Positions 29,801 to 40,056 are shown, counted from the stretch's first letter. The stretch: DNA of 63,323 nt from a virus (IMGVR_UViG_3300035661_000064:1-63323); one strand, 5' to 3'. Made by a program: numbers and translations. The notes: generated by a model from the letters alone, not told the origin.

Positions 29801-32800
29801 ACGTTTTATCCAACAGCATTCAATTCAACTATCTATAACGTTTACCGCCTTCAATGTAACGAATCTGAGACTAGTTCGCTTATTACTTTAAACTACACTA
29901 AGAAGATCTATTTCAACTCTTTAGTTCAAAGCCCATTTCCTCCTGAGTTTAAGCTTTACACTAAAACTATTCAGTTTACACCGTACAGCACACTTCCGTC
30001 TCCTGTTAACTTAGGAAATCTTGCTTTAGATATTCAATTTCAACGTGGTAGTAGTTTAACATGGAATCTAACTACAGGTGGCTCTGCTAGAAAAGTTAAA
30101 AACTCTCTAAACCAAACGTTCACAGGAGCACCTACAGTTCAGTACGTTGTAGGTCATACAATCAAATTAGTTCCTTACGTTTCTGATCCTGCAAACATAG
30201 CAGGTGGAACTGATTTAGACCGTTCTACTCCTCAAACAACTTATCAAACAGTCTATGAATTCAGGAATTCAGATAGTTCTGCACCTATTACTTCCTCTAA
30301 TCCATATGGTTTTGTAGGTGGTTCAGATTCAGCAAATTCTAGAACTCAATTAGGTGGAAGTGCTCAAGAGTTTGCTTACATTCCAGCTTCTACACCAGCA
30401 CAGAAAATAGGAATCATTCGTGTTTACTTTATGTATGCTAACAGAACATACGACACTGTAACTGGTTTACCTAATGATGGAAGTGACTATAAGTGGATAG
30501 ACTTTAAGTTTGAATTCTTTGATGAAGTCTTTTACTTCGCAACAGTAGAAGGAAATATAGAACGTTTTGATCCTAACACATTAACATACCCTTCTACAGG
30601 AAGCTTTCCTATTTATACGATTGGAGTAACAAATAACCCAACGTTTAGTGTATTTCAAACAGCAACGAGTGTGTTCAAAAGTGTATTGCTAGATTCTCCG
30701 TCAATGACATCTAAAACAGTAACAGTTCTTCCTGCACCAAACCCGTTTCATTCCGATAGTGGCTCATATACACGGTATGGAAAAAATGCGTCAAACGTTG
30801 ATTTCTACAGTGCTTCAGGTATTTATCCTGATTGGAGTTTCACTAATGGAATGACATTCAAGTTTGATACAACTAAGATTCAAACCGACTTTGACATTGC
30901 TCCTCAGTACAACGACAATAGTTTAACACAGTATAGTTTCTTTGGTTTGTACGGAACAATCTCATATCGTGGAGTAAACTACTCATTTTACTTCATGGAT
31001 AACACTAGTACATGGATTCATCTAGGCTATTTTAATCTTCAAGCAAGACCTGTTCCTGCTGATAACCGTGTTTTAACTAAAGATGCTAATAGCGGTTATG
31101 TTCCTCCTTACGACCGTCTTCAAACTAAATTTATCATCAACGCTCTTAAAGACAAACCCGAATATCGTTTAGGTGAAGAGATTGAACTAACTTGTGGCAG
31201 TTCACAAATCTATGGGAACACAAGTTGTTATATTTCAGGAGACTATTACGACACAATCTTCACTACTGGAAATAGTTACACGATAGGCGATTCAACTACT
31301 TTGACTTATGTTAAAGGTAAACTTGCAGATGGAACAGTTATAGAGTTTAATAGTTCTTCAACTGTTTATCCTATTTCAACTTATCAAACCGAAGTAGTTC
31401 TGAACAATTTGTTCAATGTAATACTAATCGAGATTCCCCCCGTTATTGAATTGTCATTAGACAATGGAGTAACATTTACATTTACTCCTGAAGAATTTGG
31501 TTTTAGTATGGGAATCTTTGCAACAGGCGATTTAGTAAATCCTATCAAAATTGAAAGTTTCGTCTTCTACATAACCCCTAACACTGCAGCAGGTCAAACG
31601 CTTTCTATCTCTAGCGATCCCACAAGTACTCCAGACATTCCGGGTGTATCATCTTACACTGCTGACTTAATCTCAGTTCCAAATCAACCATTTTGGAGTA
31701 GCAGTCCCAGTAGAATCTTTAATGGCTCATATGCTACAAGTCTAGATTCTATGAGTGTTGTTACTGAAACAGCAGGAGCGTATGTTCCCCCGTTTACTTC
31801 GCCTGTTGAAAATCTTTATACTAAACATTCAAGATACTTTACATTCAAGAAACTATGGCACAGCGAAATCTATTCTCATCTAAACTATGAACCTACAAAC
31901 TTGATTGATTATCACTACTTCATTCGTCCTGATAATCTTGTCTACATTAGAGGGTTTAATACATCTACTAATGCAGATGTTACTTCAGTATTAGCGTTTA
32001 ACGCAGGTCAATACATTCCTAGAGATAGTAGACTCAAAGTAACAAGTGCTGCCTTGATTGTTTATCCTGAAAAGGAAAATCAATCAAACACTGCTCGGAA
32101 TTACGGTTGTATAGTAGTATCGTTAATGGACTTTACTCGTTCATCAGGGTCTGATATTAAAGGCTTTATAGACTTCTGCTACATTCCTGTCTTAATTCCT
32201 ATTACAACAAACCAAAGTCTTTCAATAACAGTTGTAATGGATTCAGCTCAAACTTCTTCTGGATTAATTTCAGTAAAACCAATTTATCGAGTAGTGCACA
32301 AAACACTTGATCTCAATCCATCTTTGCTTTCTAATTGGAACTTAATATCTGGTGACAGTCTTGATACTAACGCTGTTTCAACTACATTTGCAATGAGTTT
32401 AACTGCTGTAAATAGCACAAAATTTGATATCACTGCAGCCGATAATCTTATCAACTTTCCTCTTTATAAGTTTATGGAACTTGTTAACGTTGATATTGCA
32501 TACATGCAAACAACACTAGGCGATGTTCAATCTGATTTGTATGGAAGATCATCAGTTCTAGTAGTTGGTTACAACACTGTCTTTATTCCATCAACAGTTA
32601 ATACAAGTACAACTTACTTCGGAAAGTCTTATTACAGTGGCTTCCTTACTACAATGAAAATTCGGTATGGTATTATTCCGGGAACGCTCACTCTCTTTAC
32701 AACTATGCAAGACCATTTGACAATTGATGCTTCAGAAACACAGCATAAGTACAAGCTTTACTTTACAGGAAACGTTGATTTCTCTATTGATGCTATGCCG

Positions 32801-34009
32801 TCTAAACATAACAAGCTTACAGGAACTGACGTTTTATACAGCTTTGAAGCGAAAGTAGCTTTGGATTATATGGAATCTACAAATGGTAAGTTATTACAAC
32901 CTTTCTTCTTTGATGGTTTTACACGTTTAGTCCCGTCTAGCATTTCAAACTTAGTTAGCTATGATAATAAGATGCTTTCTAACTGGTCTTTACATACTTC
33001 TTTCAAACGAGAAATTCCGGGTTCTATAAACTCTACTGCAGACTCTACTTTAAACTTTGCAGTTAGGTTGAAAGCACCTAGTGCAGCTTGGAATGGTACG
33101 TCGCAAGTAAATGATTATGTATGCCTATCTGATACACTTGTCGAAAGATGGCATCAGATGTCAGTCAATGGAGCATACTCTAGTACTACATTCGCTAACA
33201 CATTTGGAAACTACTTCCTTGGCTCTAGTGCAACATCGTCTGATCGTTTTGTGTTTAAAGCTCTTTCATCACACAGAACATCATGCTTTACATATAGTGT
33301 AGATGAATACTTAGACGAAGGCGGTGATACTAAGTTAGCTATTGAAACTCGGTTAATGAAATCTCTCACGTTAGGCGTTATTTATCCTGAAGCTAAGAAT
33401 GATATCACTAACACAAGACTAGCAAAGTTCTTTATAACTTCAAATGCTGGAGCATCAACTGCTTATGATTCGATTATCTTAACTCAACCCACAATTGAGA
33501 ATCTCTACGTTGTTAAACAGTATCCATTTAAAGGAACTATTGAAGGATTCCTTGAAAAAGCCTCTCCAACATTTGCTGTTATTAAGTCTAAAGACACTAG
33601 ACATTATTTAATGCTAGTAATGGTAGGTTCAATTCTGCGTATCTATGCTACAAATACAGAAATTCCATACAGGTATTATTCTGACATCAATAATACTTAC
33701 ATCTTCCGCGAAATGGATAAGTTTACATTTGTCAAAGAAATAGATCTATGGCTTGAATTAGCAATTCAAACAAAGAATCTTTTCTGGCGTTCTGAAACTA
33801 ATTCAGCATGGACAGGTGTTACTCCTAATCTTACTGGATTTAGAAACGTAATTGTTCAAACTGAAAAAGGCTATGTAGACTTAATTTCTACGGCTGTTTA
33901 TGGTGGAACTAGTTTAGGTAATCCTACTATAAAAGTCAAACGAGTTCGCTTTCCACTCATTAATTCTTATTCTTCTTCTTCTAATGTAGGAGCGCCTGCA
34001 AGCAACTAA
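26858..34009 (+). CDS. Giant tail fibre/adhesin-like virion protein (2383 aa)
   Basis: Ser/Thr/Asn-rich, Ig-like beta composition; late promoter 26793-26804; hairpin at 34021-34047. Confidence 0.6.
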   Translation: MPIKLAARYILPVVDMTRRNEFNIFDREMFISSDNRVFVRFENRDIEIPEASSDLKEVSGKYFYTVNDEEFEIIFPESNRVTSGLKLVGKPILSFMSGSGVNNVNHPNGSIVIVRVDALEDSLYTLEDVSFQYKVNGYSWVDDIEAFHIFEGAEGAMSGCAKTYVVRAVSPDGFHYSAETTITARRVTLESEVPSLDTIFSLPSSEENTLVSYSFYPNYISTNLFCSGHKTHLTLYQKVNGVYTSDYQANGIRFARVAGAPPEYFQGSPQTLIEDYLPSYPYNDWTMWNKIEIQSVPNENIEFYFEVEIVPNDPSEYSMVNNNPKKKFHYIATNTDLAPDLSNLKLFKDVFEWTAMNQLSENSNVTGFSIQGMDTTKNSYSIVSSTIAGVAGQPPTGFSILTPSVVGSAEATFSLTVQGTNNVSGLFSTKTFSIRVVNLAVNDASTITLNQIANSERYNDSSIFEFVFSIAGGTTESGNKRYSLSDLNVANMLRFEVSGQTPLIGSGVVNYTTLKFAAGVPITIQYQTSYVETNLGIPSMTVTLYDDSYSYLATSSKILSIRAHTLAQVQGLLINPDITTTTIGGIIQPNTYFREADVGIMYKRLNSSVTLPTDTKWRINESFPANFIEYLGALTSTTGLDTTSNNYYLPTIVERGGKTGYFGTDGLADSIKLDSASWIAKSRFVTWIGATVLVEIPSTRQTFMINTGLYLLDQNNNELNDNNNPIQESSMVQTDGTEFITCTDTGWKNYWKDRLNTAPNAPTIVESEENGVRYYTVTSKFRLRINNSDPSYSTIIVPSSYSGRLLSSYANDDLTANNVSSNISFTSQTNSVLNRRFLSFNFIPYNQDLTLTIKIRKSVFIDNSTESTIPIIFMVKENFEYIDQTPSVTPRVYQFFMNVPNPYFNIIKIDEEFSYYKIPTQGEPSILVINPSLDGIATAGLGKGNVYNFIFTPTYQLPWCPGQDLAELSMTMTGNDGSGSTTFYPTAFNSTIYNVYRLQCNESETSSLITLNYTKKIYFNSLVQSPFPPEFKLYTKTIQFTPYSTLPSPVNLGNLALDIQFQRGSSLTWNLTTGGSARKVKNSLNQTFTGAPTVQYVVGHTIKLVPYVSDPANIAGGTDLDRSTPQTTYQTVYEFRNSDSSAPITSSNPYGFVGGSDSANSRTQLGGSAQEFAYIPASTPAQKIGIIRVYFMYANRTYDTVTGLPNDGSDYKWIDFKFEFFDEVFYFATVEGNIERFDPNTLTYPSTGSFPIYTIGVTNNPTFSVFQTATSVFKSVLLDSPSMTSKTVTVLPAPNPFHSDSGSYTRYGKNASNVDFYSASGIYPDWSFTNGMTFKFDTTKIQTDFDIAPQYNDNSLTQYSFFGLYGTISYRGVNYSFYFMDNTSTWIHLGYFNLQARPVPADNRVLTKDANSGYVPPYDRLQTKFIINALKDKPEYRLGEEIELTCGSSQIYGNTSCYISGDYYDTIFTTGNSYTIGDSTTLTYVKGKLADGTVIEFNSSSTVYPISTYQTEVVLNNLFNVILIEIPPVIELSLDNGVTFTFTPEEFGFSMGIFATGDLVNPIKIESFVFYITPNTAAGQTLSISSDPTSTPDIPGVSSYTADLISVPNQPFWSSSPSRIFNGSYATSLDSMSVVTETAGAYVPPFTSPVENLYTKHSRYFTFKKLWHSEIYSHLNYEPTNLIDYHYFIRPDNLVYIRGFNTSTNADVTSVLAFNAGQYIPRDSRLKVTSAALIVYPEKENQSNTARNYGCIVVSLMDFTRSSGSDIKGFIDFCYIPVLIPITTNQSLSITVVMDSAQTSSGLISVKPIYRVVHKTLDLNPSLLSNWNLISGDSLDTNAVSTTFAMSLTAVNSTKFDITAADNLINFPLYKFMELVNVDIAYMQTTLGDVQSDLYGRSSVLVVGYNTVFIPSTVNTSTTYFGKSYYSGFLTTMKIRYGIIPGTLTLFTTMQDHLTIDASETQHKYKLYFTGNVDFSIDAMPSKHNKLTGTDVLYSFEAKVALDYMESTNGKLLQPFFFDGFTRLVPSSISNLVSYDNKMLSNWSLHTSFKREIPGSINSTADSTLNFAVRLKAPSAAWNGTSQVNDYVCLSDTLVERWHQMSVNGAYSSTTFANTFGNYFLGSSATSSDRFVFKALSSHRTSCFTYSVDEYLDEGGDTKLAIETRLMKSLTLGVIYPEAKNDITNTRLAKFFITSNAGASTAYDSIILTQPTIENLYVVKQYPFKGTIEGFLEKASPTFAVIKSKDTRHYLMLVMVGSILRIYATNTEIPYRYYSDINNTYIFREMDKFTFVKEIDLWLELAIQTKNLFWRSETNSAWTGVTPNLTGFRNVIVQTEKGYVDLISTAVYGGTSLGNPTIKVKRVRFPLINSYSSSSNVGAPASN

Positions 34010-34101
34010 ATAACTAGTCTAGTCACTGCCTTTACAGGGCAGTGACTTAGGCTGTTGCAACAAATATTTGAAATTTTCAGTTCCGAAAAAGGTTTTTACT
34101 A

Positions 34102-35256
34102 ATGACAAACATGTACAAGAATCTAGAGCTTCCTCTAGTCACGCAATCGTCTACTGAACAAGCCGACTTTACGTCTATAATGAATGGTGAAATGTTTTTA
34201 CTGAGAAACAGTGAAGACGATTCACATAAGCTTTGTTATAAACATCGTTTAACAGGTCAAGTTCTAACACTTAATAAGTCTCCATTTGATTCAAGTGGAG
34301 ACTTTGTTTCTGTTACGTTAAACGATGGAACAACTAAAGCTATTTCAAAAGACGAATCGTTGGGAGACACTAACTTTGATGATCTTACAATCTTAGCTAG
34401 TTCTCATTACAACTACAATACCTTTCCTAAATCGCTTTCATACTCGTTTGACAATTATTCTTCTGGAAGCAGACCACATTACACTTTCAGTGGATATCTG
34501 AGAGGTGCATATGACGCAATGGAATGGATCTATTACAATCCGGGTCGCATTCACTTCATGCGTGGTTTAAGTTTAAACGACAAAGCTGCGATCAAAGAAG
34601 GAAACTATGAACAACTATTTCGCTCTAGGACGTTGTTACAATACAAGTCACCTTTGACTTTTGCAAAAGAGTATCAATACGGGGAATCAGCTGGAGACAT
34701 CAACCGATTAGGTGCAGATCAAGCTTACTTTAATGCTTTACTAAGTGGAAGATCAATTGAGTTCTTTTCTCCAGAAACGTCTCACGATATAGAACTAACA
34801 GCAGATCACATTGATTGCTTTGGTAATCAGGGGAAAACTGCAATAAACACGATTCAGCTAACTTCAACGTGGTCATACAACGAAAGTCTTACATACTCAG
34901 CTGAAGTAGTTAACAAACCAGACGAAACTTTGACTTTCACTATTTCAAAGAACTCTTTCCCTTTAAAGTTTATCATCGACCCATCTCTTCCATCAACTAC
35001 TCCTATAGCATATGAACTGCGTTTTGAGTCGTTTATCTTCAGTTTGAATGGAGAAAACACGGTTTATTTTTCAAACGAAAATGTTCTACATTTTCCAGAA
35101 TGGAGTCTCTCAGTAAAACCTCATATTAATCTAGCTAAACCAATAAGAACACGATTAGCTGTAAGAATATTTAATCCAGGTCGTCCATCAAGGTATGCTT
35201 TCTTTTCAATTCCTATTACAATTGATAAAAGCTTTCTTACCAGCATTATTAACTGA
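34102..35256 (+). CDS. Tail fibre-associated protein
   Basis: N-terminal NGEMFL segment like neighbouring fibre genes; late promoter 34059-34070. Confidence 0.45.
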   Translation: MTNMYKNLELPLVTQSSTEQADFTSIMNGEMFLLRNSEDDSHKLCYKHRLTGQVLTLNKSPFDSSGDFVSVTLNDGTTKAISKDESLGDTNFDDLTILASSHYNYNTFPKSLSYSFDNYSSGSRPHYTFSGYLRGAYDAMEWIYYNPGRIHFMRGLSLNDKAAIKEGNYEQLFRSRTLLQYKSPLTFAKEYQYGESAGDINRLGADQAYFNALLSGRSIEFFSPETSHDIELTADHIDCFGNQGKTAINTIQLTSTWSYNESLTYSAEVVNKPDETLTFTISKNSFPLKFIIDPSLPSTTPIAYELRFESFIFSLNGENTVYFSNENVLHFPEWSLSVKPHINLAKPIRTRLAVRIFNPGRPSRYAFFSIPITIDKSFLTSIIN

Positions 35257-35276
35257 ACTGCAGGAAACAACTAATC

Positions 35277-36428
35277 ATGAAACCATTACTAGCTGAACCT
35301 TTAACAGCAAATAACGCAGTAATTCCTAGCAACCTTAAGAACGGTAGGTTTGTCTTAAAGCAAAGAGTCTTTACAGACAAAACTCTTTTCATTACTACAG
35401 GCGACTACATCTATAAGCCTATTAAAATGAATCGTACTTTAACTTTTGATTTCTTTGATAGAACAAATCCTAAGATCTATTTAAGGATAACAAACCCATT
35501 AGCAAACAAGCTTTCATTCAAGCTTATGACAAATGAAAACTTGTTTAAGAATGTGAACAGCAACATTGTGTACATTTCAGATGAAGAAGGTAATCACATT
35601 CCTATTGGTAGGGTTGATGAAGCTAAAAATCAACTTGTGATCAAATCATCTAATTTCAACGTAATCATTCCACCTGTCATAAAGTACCAGCCGCAAAATA
35701 ATGATTCTAATGCTAGTCTTTCAGCTATTGTTCTTAGAAAAGCCATATTTTCATCAGCTGTAAAAAGAGTAACAAATCTCAATCGGTTGAAGTACAAAAT
35801 TACTTATCCTAACGGACAAGTAGGCTTAACTATGGATTATACATCATTGTCGTATCTAACTAATGCATCAGTTCACTTAGGTACTTCTAAGATTGAAATC
35901 TATGCTTATGATGAACATTCAAACAAATCAGATACAATAGTAATCAATTCTAGATGTCTTCCTTTTGATACATTCTTAGAATCTACAAAGTATCAAAACT
36001 ATCCTTTTTGGAAGGTTAGTGATTCAGCTGCACCTGACAATACTCATGGCTCATACAGAGACGTATTAGTTGAAATAGAACTAACTGATTACAATTCTAG
36101 TTTCACGTATGATGTTAGTTTACCAGATCCTACATGCCCTTTCATTATTGACGATGTTTCTATTGTGTATGCTTATTCAAAACGTCTCATGCAAATCAGA
36201 GGAAGGTTTCTAGCATTTCGTGAATTTGTCATGGTAGCAGGAACATCTAACAACTTATTAGACCCTAACGATCAAGCAATTGAAGCAGGTCTTCAATATA
36301 TTCCTTCAGATGGCACATATTCAGATGTAGAAAATCAGATCATCTTTTTGATTAAGACAACAATTTCTCCTGATATAGCTTATCATTCATACACAAGTTT
36401 ACGCTATTGGAACTATCCAGTTGCTTAA
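35277..36428 (+). CDS. Tail-associated hypothetical protein
   Basis: Operon context, AGGA RBS. Confidence 0.45.
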   Translation: MKPLLAEPLTANNAVIPSNLKNGRFVLKQRVFTDKTLFITTGDYIYKPIKMNRTLTFDFFDRTNPKIYLRITNPLANKLSFKLMTNENLFKNVNSNIVYISDEEGNHIPIGRVDEAKNQLVIKSSNFNVIIPPVIKYQPQNNDSNASLSAIVLRKAIFSSAVKRVTNLNRLKYKITYPNGQVGLTMDYTSLSYLTNASVHLGTSKIEIYAYDEHSNKSDTIVINSRCLPFDTFLESTKYQNYPFWKVSDSAAPDNTHGSYRDVLVEIELTDYNSSFTYDVSLPDPTCPFIIDDVSIVYAYSKRLMQIRGRFLAFREFVMVAGTSNNLLDPNDQAIEAGLQYIPSDGTYSDVENQIIFLIKTTISPDIAYHSYTSLRYWNYPVA

Positions 36429-36456
36429 CTTTAACATTCAAAGGAATCTAATCACA

Positions 36457-37086
36457 ATGGCAATTCAAAACAACGTTCAAGCTTTCATAGACTCTGTTTT
36501 TCAGATGGCACAGCCTGCTGTATTAGTGTCTATTACTAATGAAGTCAAAGAAGTAGCTTCTGTTATTTTTGATCTTTCTATTAAAGTTCCGGCATTAGAA
36601 TCATTTGGTGGAACTACTTATGAAATTTACAAAATAACACCTATCTACACATTTAATCCTATTACGTCTGTTTACTCAGGATATGATCTTTCAATAAATG
36701 ACGATAAACAAGTCACAATGTTTATCAAAGGAGTGAAGATTCCAAACCAGTTGTTATTGAAATCAGTTGCAGCAAACTCGAATAAGTACTTAGTAGATCA
36801 AGTTAAAACAAAGCTTTCTTCTTCTTTGTTTGTATACCTTCTTCCACCTGTCTCACAGGCTAGCATATTTGAGATTTTTGCATGGGTACGAATGGTTAAC
36901 TTTGACGGTCAATATGATTCTGACTCAGCTAAAGTTCAATCATTGATTCCATTATTCATTTCGCATGTAAATGTAATTCGGTCATTTGAATCTGAAAAAG
37001 ATGATGCAGTGCTAGCAGAAAAGATAAACGAAGCTGTTTCAACATTTACAATGGCAGTCAATCAAAAATTGTCTGAAGAAGGGTAA
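36457..37086 (+). CDS. Hypothetical protein (tail cluster)
   Basis: AAGGA RBS before ATG 36457. Confidence 0.5.
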   Translation: MAIQNNVQAFIDSVFQMAQPAVLVSITNEVKEVASVIFDLSIKVPALESFGGTTYEIYKITPIYTFNPITSVYSGYDLSINDDKQVTMFIKGVKIPNQLLLKSVAANSNKYLVDQVKTKLSSSLFVYLLPPVSQASIFEIFAWVRMVNFDGQYDSDSAKVQSLIPLFISHVNVIRSFESEKDDAVLAEKINEAVSTFTMAVNQKLSEEG

Positions 37087-37091
37087 TTCTT

Positions 37092-38066
37092 ATGGCAACT
37101 CCCCAATCAAACAAGTTTAATCCGCTCTATGTTAAACGTGGTGGATATGAGGATTCTAAAGAGATTGTATTTGGTGAAGGTGAGCTGATCTGGCTTACTG
37201 ATAGAAGCAAACTGAAAATGGGGAATTCTCAGACTAAAGGTGGAGTTGATTTTGTAACAGAAGAAATCACTAGGCGTTTAGTTGACTTAAAGATTCCTCT
37301 TAACAATAGAGAGTTTCGTTATACAAACTCTGAAGTTGAAATGGTTACACCAACAACACTAGAACTCTATACAATTTCATTTAGACGAGATATTGACAAA
37401 GTCTTTGTTCTTCTTAAGTATCCGTCAAACAATATCAACAATTGGTATGAGCTAGATTCACTTCTTCTGTACGGAAAGGAATCAATCTTCAAACCTTCAA
37501 TTACAGGAAATAGTTGGTATAGGGTTGCTAATCTACCATACGGCAGTGGTTCATGCACAGTTAGACTCTTTTCAAATAGTCCGTTAAATCGTTTTAGCAT
37601 CACTGCTTCTTTCTCTGTTTTTAACTCAAGAAAGATTATCTTGAACAAAATACTAGAGTCAGACATTTCTGAAACTATTACTATCTCATCTATCAAGTTA
37701 ACAAATAATCAAATGATATCTCAAGAAGGAGCTAACATAGAAATCTTCTTCAAAAACGATGCTTATGAAGTTTTCTGCATAGTTGAAACAGATGATGTTC
37801 TTCCTACATGGAATATCAAAAGCTTTGAAACTGCCTATACTACATTCAGCGACTCAACTGAAATAGTTGTTACGCCTAATGTGGGATTTGTTTCAACTTC
37901 AAATATTGTAGAAGGAAACAAAATGCTTAGTGAGAAGTATGTTTCATCTTCTTATGTAAACTTTGACACTGACAAGTTCAAAGAAAATCTAGCTCTTAAA
38001 GGTTTAGCAGTTGACAACCAAGGTAGACTTACTTTAAACGGACAAGTTGTTTTTACTCCTGTCTAA
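37092..38066 (+). CDS. Tail fibre protein with Mtd-N/hyaluronidase-like N-terminal anchor
   Basis: VKRG...GEGELIWLTDRSKLKMGNSQTKGG. Confidence 0.65.
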   Translation: MATPQSNKFNPLYVKRGGYEDSKEIVFGEGELIWLTDRSKLKMGNSQTKGGVDFVTEEITRRLVDLKIPLNNREFRYTNSEVEMVTPTTLELYTISFRRDIDKVFVLLKYPSNNINNWYELDSLLLYGKESIFKPSITGNSWYRVANLPYGSGSCTVRLFSNSPLNRFSITASFSVFNSRKIILNKILESDISETITISSIKLTNNQMISQEGANIEIFFKNDAYEVFCIVETDDVLPTWNIKSFETAYTTFSDSTEIVVTPNVGFVSTSNIVEGNKMLSEKYVSSSYVNFDTDKFKENLALKGLAVDNQGRLTLNGQVVFTPV

Positions 38067-38110
38067 AAAACAATGAATTGAAACCCCCTTTAAAGTACAG
38101 GTAACTTCCT

Positions 38111-38413
38111 ATGTTTAAACCTATGAATTTGTCAAACGCTAATGATGAAGGCGTTAGAGTAGCTAAAGCTAAAGTTGGTTTAGAAGTTGATAGAATCTCG
38201 TTTGTTCCTGAAGCAGGCGTTCTTCTTTATACATCTGATAACAAGAATCTCTATATTGGTGATGGGGTAACTCCGGGTGGAATCCTATACAAAGGTGATT
38301 TAGACGAACACTTTCTAGATTCTGTTTTGAATGACCCAGATCTAATTAATCAAATTGCAAATGCTATTAACATCAGCCTCAAAATAGGTAATATTGATGG
38401 TGGTAGGTTTTAA
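38111..38413 (+). CDS. Small Mtd-N-like tail protein
   Basis: PEAGVLLYTSDNKNLYIGDGVTPGG and C-terminal IDGGRF; late promoter 38069-38080. Confidence 0.65.
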   Translation: MFKPMNLSNANDEGVRVAKAKVGLEVDRISFVPEAGVLLYTSDNKNLYIGDGVTPGGILYKGDLDEHFLDSVLNDPDLINQIANAINISLKIGNIDGGRF

Positions 38414-38542
38414 TTGTATAGTGGTAGCCCTTAAACAAGGCTATCACTTTTTTGCTAGAAATTTCAAACATATATAAATTGAATAGTGAAATACTTAATT
38501 CACTAAACCCCCTTATTAACTGTGATCCAAGAGGTATATCAC

Positions 38543-39094
38543 ATGGCTACTATTACAATCACTTCTACTCAAAATGCTCGCGCCACTGCTTTGGTAAACA
38601 GCGTTGGTTCCTCTGTTGCTAGTGTTGCAACAGAGCTGAACATCTCAGAACGTACCCTGATGGGAACCGTAACAGAGTTGCGGAAATTAGGCTTCGTCTT
38701 CACTCGTGAAAGTGGCTTAATCTCTGTTGCAAAATGGGGTGATGGTGTTGAGGTGGTAATCGCTACCACTGCAACCACTACCACTGCAGTCGCAGCTCCT
38801 GTCTCTGGTGCAGCTCCTGTAGAAGCAGCGGCAGTACTGAATTGGAATCTTTACAGTAAGCGTCAAGGAACGCTTATTACATTCTCATCGACGAACAAGT
38901 TAGGAGATATCCTTACTGCAATCAGTCTCAAGCTTGCCGTCTTCAGCGGCACGGCGGCAACTGTGAGTCGTAAAGCTCTCAACGAGAACAACTTCGTTCA
39001 GATCAACATGACTAATGTTGATTTAAATGAAGTCATCCCAGTAGGAACAACCTTTCAATACGATATTGCAGGCAAACAAGTGTCTGGTGGCTAA
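38543..39094 (+). CDS. HTH-ubiquitin-like fusion protein ending in Gly-Gly
   Basis: N-terminal wHTH (SVASVATELNISERTLMGTVTELRKLGF), Thr/Ala/Pro linker, ~85-aa C-terminal domain ending KQVSGG-stop; GAGGT RBS supports ATG 38543; early promoter 38466-38477. Confidence 0.7.
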   Translation: MATITITSTQNARATALVNSVGSSVASVATELNISERTLMGTVTELRKLGFVFTRESGLISVAKWGDGVEVVIATTATTTTAVAAPVSGAAPVEAAAVLNWNLYSKRQGTLITFSSTNKLGDILTAISLKLAVFSGTAATVSRKALNENNFVQINMTNVDLNEVIPVGTTFQYDIAGKQVSGG

Positions 39095-39166
39095 ACTATA
39101 GCCTTAAACGGGACAGGGGAGTAATCTCCTGTCCCAAACTATTTAATAATTTTTGGAGTACATCTT

Positions 39167-39916
39167 ATGCGCAACGGTTCTGGTTTGAAAGAAGTAGTAG
39201 TTAGAATCCCTGAAAGCTTCCATGAAGCGTTCAGCTTAATTGGGAAGACTACTCAGAACGAATACGCCATGTTCTACAACTACAGTGTTACACATACTGT
39301 AACAAATAATATTGGGCTAGACCCTAATAAAGTCGATTTAGACCGAGACAATGCTATCATCATTGACATTCACGAAGATTTTGCGTTCCCCAAACAAACT
39401 TCTTCCGTGGGTGTATTCTACATCGATGAAAGTGAAAATCAAAACATCATGGAAAACTACAACGGTGCGATACACCGTCATCCGAAAGGTGTAAGAACCT
39501 TTTCAAATCATGACTACAAAGTAGTTAACACGGCATTTCAACTTTCTCTCATTGGAATTCCTGAAGAAAACTATTACTACGGCGAACTAAGCTTGAAGCT
39601 TGAAGGCTTTCCATTTGCCATTCCAGTTAAAGTAACACGTTTTGAAATTTCTAAAGAAACTGAAAAGACAGTTTACTTTAATGGAACGTGGTTGCTTGAA
39701 TCGGAATTCAACCAAGAGGTATCAGATCGACTTAAACCCATAGTTCTTCATGTTAATCCTGTAGTTCATGCTAACGGAGTAGATGGAAGCAAAAAATCAG
39801 CTTTCTTAGGAAAAGTCAAAAGGGGGAGAGTAGCAGCGTCAGACCCCAATTACTATTTTGAACCGTATGATGATGCCGAACTTTCTCTGCTTGAACAATC
39901 AAAGAATCTCAAGTAA
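39167..39916 (+). CDS. JAB/MPN+ (JAMM) metallopeptidase
   Basis: E32 (QNEYAM) and H103-R-H105-x7-S113-x2-D116 (HRHPKGVRTFSNHD). Confidence 0.85.
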   Translation: MRNGSGLKEVVVRIPESFHEAFSLIGKTTQNEYAMFYNYSVTHTVTNNIGLDPNKVDLDRDNAIIIDIHEDFAFPKQTSSVGVFYIDESENQNIMENYNGAIHRHPKGVRTFSNHDYKVVNTAFQLSLIGIPEENYYYGELSLKLEGFPFAIPVKVTRFEISKETEKTVYFNGTWLLESEFNQEVSDRLKPIVLHVNPVVHANGVDGSKKSAFLGKVKRGRVAASDPNYYFEPYDDAELSLLEQSKNLK

Positions 39917-39933
39917 TTTAATTAAGGGGAACT

Positions 39934-39961
39934 AATCAATCAACTTTAAAGTTGATTGATT
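39934..39961. repeat. Perfect 28-bp palindrome between the JAB and E2-like genes
   Basis: AATCAATCAACTTT|AAAGTTGATTGATT; followed by a terminator hairpin at 39964-40001. Confidence 0.85.
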
Positions 39962-40056
39962 TTAAGCAGGTAAGTATCATTACTTATCTGCTTCTTTTTT
40001 TAAGCATATATTATTTATCTGACCCTATTAAATAATCTAACACCGGAGTAAAACTG

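Noticed and set aside
22095-38413. Diversity-generating retroelement (RT next to Mtd-N-like tail genes)
   Set aside because: No TR/VR pair with adenine-specific mismatches seen by eye, no Avd-like gene, no C-type-lectin-like ends, and the RT is over twice the typical DGR RT size. A self-alignment would settle it.
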